Under the pieces are notes generated by a model, which saw only the letters and a program-made list of their open reading frames with translations, was not told the DNA's origin and ran no database searches. From assembly GCA_009602725.1 (NCBI GenBank), contig WELB01000003.1:780673-819633 (forward strand): a DNA stretch of 38,961 nucleotides, read 5' to 3'. This document shows, in pieces, positions 33,780-38,961 of this stretch. A program made the position numbers and the translations under genes. The stretch comes from Spirogloea muscicola (taxonomy: Eukaryota). The number at the start of each line of letters is the position of its first letter. Positions within the stretch are counted from its first letter, which is position 1.

Positions 33780-33961
33780 ATGTCGGGGGTGCCGGCGCGG
33801 GGCGAGGTGCTGGCGCTCTACCGGCGCTTCCTGAGGGCGGCGCGGCGCTTCCCGCAGTACAACGTGCGCGAGTACGTGCGGCGGCGCGCAGGCGAGGGCT
33901 TCCGGGAGCGCGCGGGCGACGGCCCCCCCGCCGCGGCCGCCGCCTTCGCCGCCGCCCGGCG
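33780..33961 (+). CDS. ISD11: LYR-motif protein 4 / ISD11 (mitochondrial Fe-S cluster assembly), partial, cut at N
   Basis: MSGVPARGEVLALYRRFLRAARRFPQYNVREYVRRRAGEGFR: LYR motif plus the F.xYN.REY..RR...FR signature. Confidence 0.85.
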
Positions 33962-33966
33962 NGCGC

Positions 33967-36900
33967 ATGGCGGCCGCCCCGGCGGCCGCCGAGGACGGCC
34001 GGCTGGCGGAGATGCTGGAGGCCGGCCTTCTGCGAGAGGCGGAGGACGAGGACGCCGGCGGCGCCGGCAGGGAACCCATGGACGTCGAGCCGCCGCGCAG
34101 CAGCAGCGCGGCCACTGCCGCGAGGAAGGTCAGCTCCGCCTCAGCTGCGCCATGCCGCCATGCCCGTCGTAGCTTCGCCGCCTTCCTCTTCGGAACGGGC
34201 TGACGTACATCCATTGCCATGGCCAACGCGCTCTCTGTCTCGTGCTTGCCGTCGCACTTGGCCACTCTGGCCTTCCATAGCTCCAATATGCGCGAGCTCT
34301 CTGTCTGCACCGCAAGCGGCGAGCCGAGGCCAACACAAGTCAGGGTCTTAGCGTTGACGTGAATCATCCGGCGATGGCAGAGGAAGCGTGCCGAAGCCGG
34401 CGTGGTGGGCTACGGCGTGGAGGCCCTCGTGCGCAGCCTGCGTGCGCGGAGGGGCCTCTCCAACGACGCGGCCGGCGAGGCGTCGGAGCTGCCGCTGCCG
34501 CTGCTCACCAGCGACACGTGGGGCCGCCTGCCGCCCGAGCTGTTCCCGCACATCCTCAAGTACCTCTCACCGGAGGTGATCATCTCTATGTGACAGCCTG
34601 CCGACTTTCTCAATTATGCCTCGTCAAGCTCTTGTGGAGGAGGTTTCTCTACGTGATACACATATGGCTTTGTGGCTGGGCTTTCAACAATTTATATATC
34701 TTAATGTGGTGAAGCCACTAAGGAGAGTATAGTCAATGCAGTTAAGAACCGTATACACCCTCCTGAAGATAGGTAGACCCTGCTTGAGGGATTAATGCGG
34801 GCGTACTTATTCATCGAGACATTGTCACCTCCGTCTCTGCCTCTGTCACTAAGCGGAATGAATAGCTCAGCTGATCGCGATGAAGTGCTGTCCTCACCAC
34901 TACATGAGCTTCCTGTCGCAGGACCTCGCCAGCTGTGCAGCAGTCTGCCATGCTTTGCGCGTGGCAAGCTCCGACAACAGTCTGTGGCGCCGGGGGTAGG
35001 TCAATGTCATAGTCATGCTGGAGCATGATAATATTATAATCCTTGCCGTCCTACAACACAGATTACACTGCAACTTGAATCGGGCTCTCTGGAATTCCGC
35101 TTCTGTCTGTACAGCTACTGCTTGAGATGGGGGCCTCCTGCTGGCGACCGTAAAGGACGGTTGCGCATGATGAACTGGAAGCAGCTGTATTATGAGGTGC
35201 CTGCTCCTACACAGAAACTAATCAGTAATGTCTCCTGTCAGATTGTGCAAGCAAGTTCATCATGTTCTTGGAGTGTGGTATTGGATGAGAGCATAATTGC
35301 ATGAGGGTGTCCAGTATTCCTTTGATACACAGATGGTGCAGATAAGCAGGTCCAGTGGCCTGTGGCTTGTGACATTTGTGGTCCTTACACACCTTGCTTT
35401 GAGTATTGACAGTCACGGGCCTTGTCTACTGCAGAGAGATCGAGTGGACATGAATGAATTTGTGCGCGATGCGCCACTAGAATTCCACAGCTACTATGTA
35501 CAAATTCAAGCTGCAAAACGAAGCATCGCTCCCTTACACCAGCAGGTCTGACAGCATCCTCAAAGCAAGGGCTGCAATGTTATTTTCACACTTGGTGTGT
35601 CTGAGAGGAACCTGATGCCTCTTAACGAGGCTGCATTGGTGCCTGCCTTCCTTATGGCAGTATCAGTAATGATATGGCAGTATTAGTAATGATGTAATTG
35701 GACGCCTTTGTGACATGCTCTTGTTGTGATGTAATGCATTTCAATCAGTGATAACAGAGAGACAGGGACACTGTGAGCTTGCTCTTTGCCTACAGTCCTT
35801 TGGTGTGCAGACCATATTACATCTCTGTTCTTCTCATCTGCTTGCAGGTACATGATGACCTTGTAGTCGTGGAATCTGCAGTTGCAAAGCAGATATCTGA
35901 ATGGCGACGTACATCACATCTTGAACAACTGGATGCTAGTAGTCACTCCTGCAATGGTCGTTTGTGCACCTACCATCAGATTGGAGATGTCTTTCTGTGT
36001 GAAGTGACTGGGCAGGCTCACGGTAAGCTTCAAAATAGCTTTTCCAATTGCTTAAGACTTGGCGAGTGTGCACCATATGTCTGGTTGCGGGTTTAGGTTT
36101 CAGGGTTCAGGGTTTAGGGGCGAAGATAATGAAGGTGCATAAGACTTATGGGCAATCTAGTACTGCTGCAGCATTAGTAGCAAGCACACAAGTCGGTGAT
36201 AGAAGCAGATGTCCATACCGTGGTCATGGCATGACAGGCATCCTAGAGAAAAGTGCGAGTCATGCTCCAGGCAGAAGGACCCCTTTGTAGCGGCTGGAAG
36301 GGAGCAGATCGCTTTCACGTGACTGACAAATGGATTCTGACTTTGCCAACAGTCTGCGACGATACTTGTCGGGAAATAGTTTTGGACCCAGACAATGAGC
36401 TACTCGTCTGCGCTGTGTCTGGCCGGTGTTTTGACCGATGGATAACACCGCAGGAAGAGATTGACGAAGGACCGGTCAGTCCTTACCTTACCGTGTCACT
36501 ACTACTTTAGTCCAGCGGTAATGTTGCTCGCATGTTGCATCATCTTGCACGCTGCAAGCTGATGGTACTGTGTCCTGCATCATGAGCTTTTAGTTGTCAA
36601 GAGGCCGAGGTTGTGGTCAGCTCTGAGAGGGCCCTGTTGCCCAGCCTGCGGCTCCGCATAATGTGGCTTGATATCAAGTTCACTTTGTATGCACTTGGCT
36701 GGAACTTGGCTGGCTTTCACAGGCGCCCCTTGATCAGCCACCGCATTGAATATTTGTGCAGGACCGAAGGCAAGCAGAAGTAGCAGGTGCACCAGAAGAA
36801 ATGGAGCCTTTTCTAGGCACAGCACGCCTTGGTATGAGCACAAAGCCTTGCTCAGCATTGCCATTCTCGTAGACAGGTGCTGTTTAGTAGCTCCATTCCT

Positions 36901-37126
36901 CCACAGCTTGAGCCATAAATGTGTGCTCTCAGTATAAGCCATGTCAACCAAGTGTGTCCTTTGTTGCATCTATTCGCATGCACTATCTTTTTTGGATTAC
37001 ATGCACCACACATATTGATGTCTCAATCTTGTCTATTTTGCAGCTCGAGCATACTGTTTGGGGTACAATTGTAGGGATGATGAAGAGCTAGATGCTGCTC
37101 TCAGGTGCTGCCCTTACATGATTTGA
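33967..37126 (+). CDS. SKIP31: F-box protein SKIP31-like (9 exons)
   Basis: Exons 33967-34128, 34381-34575, 34922-34995, 35115-35196, 35435-35545, 35848-36022, 36353-36474, 36762-36831, 37044-37126, all GT-AG in phase. F-box [89 protein letters not shown]. Confidence 0.92.
36088..36120. repeat. Short telomere-like tract in SKIP31 intron 6
   Basis: GGGTTTAGGTTTCAGGGTTCAGGGTTTAGGGG. Confidence 0.65.
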
Positions 37127-38514
37127 ACTTTGACGTATTGCAACACTGATAAGTGGTGTAGCATGAACAAGGTGCATCCAGACTGTTATGAGGACATCTC
37201 TTAACACATGTTTGGGTGAAGTAATCACGGGACTTGTTTTGTCTGCAGAAGCCTGTACTAGTACTTTGATCGCATAGCCCAATTGTTGGCATACTACACT
37301 CTGAAGACCACGATACGAGAACAAACTGCCTAATGGTAAAAGAGCTTGCTGCAATTGCACGACCTCTTCAAAGAGTGTGTCATATTCAGTACACACTCTA
37401 TCCATGCAGATGAACTCTTGAAGCATGATGGATAGAAGCTGATTTATGGTGGCTGTTGGCTGCATGGACCTGCTCAGACTGGCATTACTCAATCAGGAGT
37501 TCTGTTGCCAGACGTGCCAGTCCCTTTGAGGAGCCTTTCTGCAGAACCTGTTTGCAACCGAGATGCTCTGTTGCGTAAGGCTGAGGAGGACTGGCCGCCA
37601 TGCACAGCAGCCATTCCTTTGAGGCCCAAATACTGAGCCTGCGGCTTGATGGTGGCCACAACTGCTGGCACCATGTCACTGCATGACGCCAAGCGCAACT
37701 TAGGACCTCGGGAAAGCCTGTCAATTGCTTCTTAGGACATCATCACATGTCTCTGTTGTTAGTTATCTCCATTGATGCTATCGGTTTTTATATGTAAGCG
37801 GTCGCTGAGCACACTCGTCAACCCCAATGAGTAATATACGCAGATGGATTGGCTGGCACATTGGAAATCTGATTGCTCATTCCATGTAGGGCATTGACAA
37901 GCTTCTCAATGGGAACATCTCAGGTCTAAGGTTTAGGATAGGGCTGGTTTGAACACTCTTCAAAATTATTCTGGTTTGCATCCTCTGCTTTTTTCCATGC
38001 AAGGGGCTACTGAGCAGCTGCAAGTCTTCTGGCCTTATGTCTATCTCGGATCACGTAGGTAAAGATCTGGCTGGGTATGTCGTCAATCAGGCAGTTACGT
38101 CCCTCCGCTTTGCCACTTCATTGTATTCACTAGGCTGGCACCAAACTGCCGCACTGTTACATCAGCAGGCGCCTATCTTCCACTCTCCCAGGCCTCTCAG
38201 GTCAGCGATATAATCAGAGCAGCAATTGCTGAGAGGGCCAAAACGGCCTACTGAAATAAAAGCAAGCAATTACACTAAGTGTGGACCCTAAGTCGAGAAG
38301 GACTGACTAGGACTGACTTGGGGGTACTAAGCAGGCCTGCTTCTGTGGTCTTTACGCTACGTGAATCTTTGTTATGTTGTGGGGCTGGCGATCCAGAGGG
38401 GCGAGAGAGGCTCGCCCCTCGGAGAAGCTGCGTGTTGAAGGAAGACTGGAAGAGTCTTTCTTCTCTCAGCTCTATGTGACAGTGTGTGGGCGAAGTCTTT
38501 TCGCCCTCTAGGTA

Positions 38515-38961
38515 TTCGGACTTGCACTTACTGATTAGAGGTTACTGAAAGCCTACTTGCTGACGACTTAGAGATTGGTATCTTGCTCTTGGCGCCACTC
38601 GGCCCTTGCAGACCTTGTCCATTCCTTTGGGCTGGCCTCTCACAGCCACTGCTGTCAATTGGAAGCGCTGTTTCAGATCTGTGTGTGTGAGGTCGGAAAC
38701 TGTGAGAGGTCCATGGCCCGTGCGCTGCACCTTCGTGCCGGGAGAGCCCTCGCTGCTGCCTCTGGCTCTGTCCAGGGGACCCACTTCCAGGACCCTAGCC
38801 TCTCTGATATGCGGCTGCTTAGCAGGGGTTACTGAGTAATTTGTAGCTGCTTTCTTTCTTTGTGTGCTTTGGTTTCTTAGCGCTTCCTCTGGCTTCCTCT
38901 GGCCCCCTTATCGTTCTTTGTTCATTCTTTTTTGGGCTGGCTTGTCCAGCCCCTATCCTCA
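38515..38961 (+). mobile_element. Tandem CRE-like 3' ends: G-like (38515-38675) and D (38700-38961)
   Basis: SDLHLLIRGY* plus UTR, then RSMARALHLRAGRALAAASGSVQGTHFQDPSLSDMRLLSRGY* plus a UTR with GGGCTGGCTTGTCCAGCCC. Confidence 0.85.

Noticed and set aside
33048..34367. 439-aa minus ORF
   Set aside because: Antisense shadow of GC-rich ISD11/SKIP31 exons and GCG repeats; crosses an N; no domain motifs.
35653..35692. 20-bp tandem duplication in SKIP31 intron 5
   Set aside because: Ordinary local duplication with no further structure.

Overview
Eukaryotic, GC-rich green-plant DNA: spliceosomal introns, TTTAGGG repeats and plant-type genes. A streptophyte alga is plausible but is inference only. 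Left ~27 kb: a nested junkyard dominated by RLE-type (CRE-clade-like) non-LTR retrotransposons. It holds one near full-length but frameshifted copy (11428-16215, minus: two C2HC fingers, RT, CCHC knuckle, restriction-like endonuclease) and dozens of 5'-truncated 3' ends from about seven families (my labels A-G). Many are only 28-290 bp long with 5-11 bp target-site duplications, and five families share a 3'-UTR hairpin. Also embedded are host gene fragments (FG-nucleoporin exon, possible CCCH remnant), interstitial telomere-like tracts and a decayed intronless bacterial two-component fragment (PAS-PAS-HisKA-HATPase plus a convergent receiver domain) whose broken end runs directly into telomeric repeats. 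Right ~12 kb: ordinary genes, namely two tandem EBS/SHL-type BAH-PHD genes, an orphan last exon of a small zinc-finger gene, ISD11/LYRM4 (cut by an N) and a 9-exon SKIP31-type F-box gene. Single N characters at 3681, 9733, 24362 and 33962 probably mark assembly joins, so contiguity across them is unproven. Family assignments come from motif recognition; no searches were run.
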